A DNA stretch of 64,000 nt from Felis catus (lineage: Eukaryota). The notes under the pieces are model-generated. The model was not told where the DNA came from. It ran no database searches and saw only the letters and a list, made by a program, of their open reading frames with translations. Positions 63,090-64,000 of this stretch are shown in pieces; position 1 is the stretch's first letter; each line of letters opens with the position of its first letter. A program made the translations under genes and the position numbers. The DNA is taken from the NCBI RefSeq assembly GCF_018350175.1, contig NC_058368.1, forward strand, positions 163,124,001 to 163,188,000, written 5' to 3'.

Positions 63090-63544
63090 CATTTTGAGAT
63101 TAAAGATCCTGTCACTGCTCTGGAAACTGTGCGGTTTGGTAAATAGTCATGAGTCTTCAGCCAGGAAGCTTCTTATGTAAGAACTTTATTTACCCCTTTT
63201 AACTCCTTTAACTAGTAAAAGCTAATTGTTAAAACTACACACACATAGCTTTACAAAAAAAGTCTCTGAATAAAGTTGTTGGTATTATGTTCTCTCAAGT
63301 CTCCTTGGAGGAGTTTTGGTCATCTTTATCTCCTGTCATTTACTGTACTTGTGTAGAGAATAAGACCTTCATTTTACCCAGGGTTGAACAGCTAGTTAGT
63401 GGCGGCAAGAGTAGATCTATAATTCATATTGCTTGAGTAATAGTTCTGTGGCTTTCTTTCTTTCTTTCTTCCTTCCTTTCTTAACCCTGGGTGGTCTTTT
63501 ATCATCTAGGGTATATTAACAATCTCATGTTTGTAAATTGTATA

Positions 63545-63740
63545 TGGTTAAAACTTTTGGATTTGGGTTCTCGTGGGCCTGGGTTTGAATCCTGCCCTGC
63601 CATTTAGTAGTCATGTAATAATGGGTAAGTTACTTAACCTCCCAAGTCCTCAGTTTCCTCATCTCCAAAACGGGGATAATGGAAGTACCTGGCTCAAAGG
63701 ACTGTTATTAGGATGAAATGCGCTTAGCACATTGCCTTTA
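63545..63740 (+). mobile_element. MIR
   Basis: cctgggtttgaatcctgccctgcca...ggtaagttacttaacctc...cctcagtttcctcatct. Confidence 0.85.
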
Positions 63741-63927
63741 TTTAGTACAAAACCTACTTCTCTACTAAAGTAGTTATTTTAGTTTCTTGGGGCAGGGGAT
63801 GATGTTTCAAAATTTAAAAATAAATAAAATTAAATTGTTGTTTAACATTTAAAAAATAAAAGCAAAAACAAAACTATACGTCACCCCCTTCCCCAATATT
63901 TTGAATTGGTCATTCTTCAGCTAATGT

Positions 63928-64000
63928 TTGTTTATTTAGTCAGCAATGTTTATTGAGCTCCTACTGTGTGTTGGACTTTTTCCTAGGCACTGGCATACAG
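63928..64000 (-). mobile_element. L2 3' end
   Basis: aatgtttattgagctcctactgtgtg...ctaggcactgg. Confidence 0.7.

Overview
This is mammalian DNA from a felid (cat-like) genome. The evidence is about 19 CAN-SINE/SINEC copies, several of the young feline SINEC_Fc type, plus carnivore-type L1s. Roughly the first 59 kb is AT-rich, apparently intergenic sequence made of layered transposable elements (L2, MIR, MaLR/ERVL LTRs, Tigger, Charlie/MER5/MER94, L1M, carnivore L1, SINEC). A CpG island at about 59.5-61.75 kb looks like the promoter and non-coding first exon of a + strand gene I cannot name. No intact host protein-coding exon was recognised; the ORF track is explained by SINE, L1 and GC-rich noise. 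I found no supportable new multi-gene system. The most notable structures are: (1) a 5'-complete, 3'-truncated, tail-less L1 that is still bounded by a perfect 19-bp TSD, with a younger antisense L1 nested in its endonuclease domain; (2) a ~200-bp TSD-flanked, A-tailed insert of unknown origin (candidate retrocopy); (3) a Tigger/pogo-type element retaining a readable transposase C-terminus with a canonical PIP box; (4) a target site hit twice by SINEs. Repeat family names come from recalled consensus sequences, not from a database search, and old-repeat boundaries are approximate.
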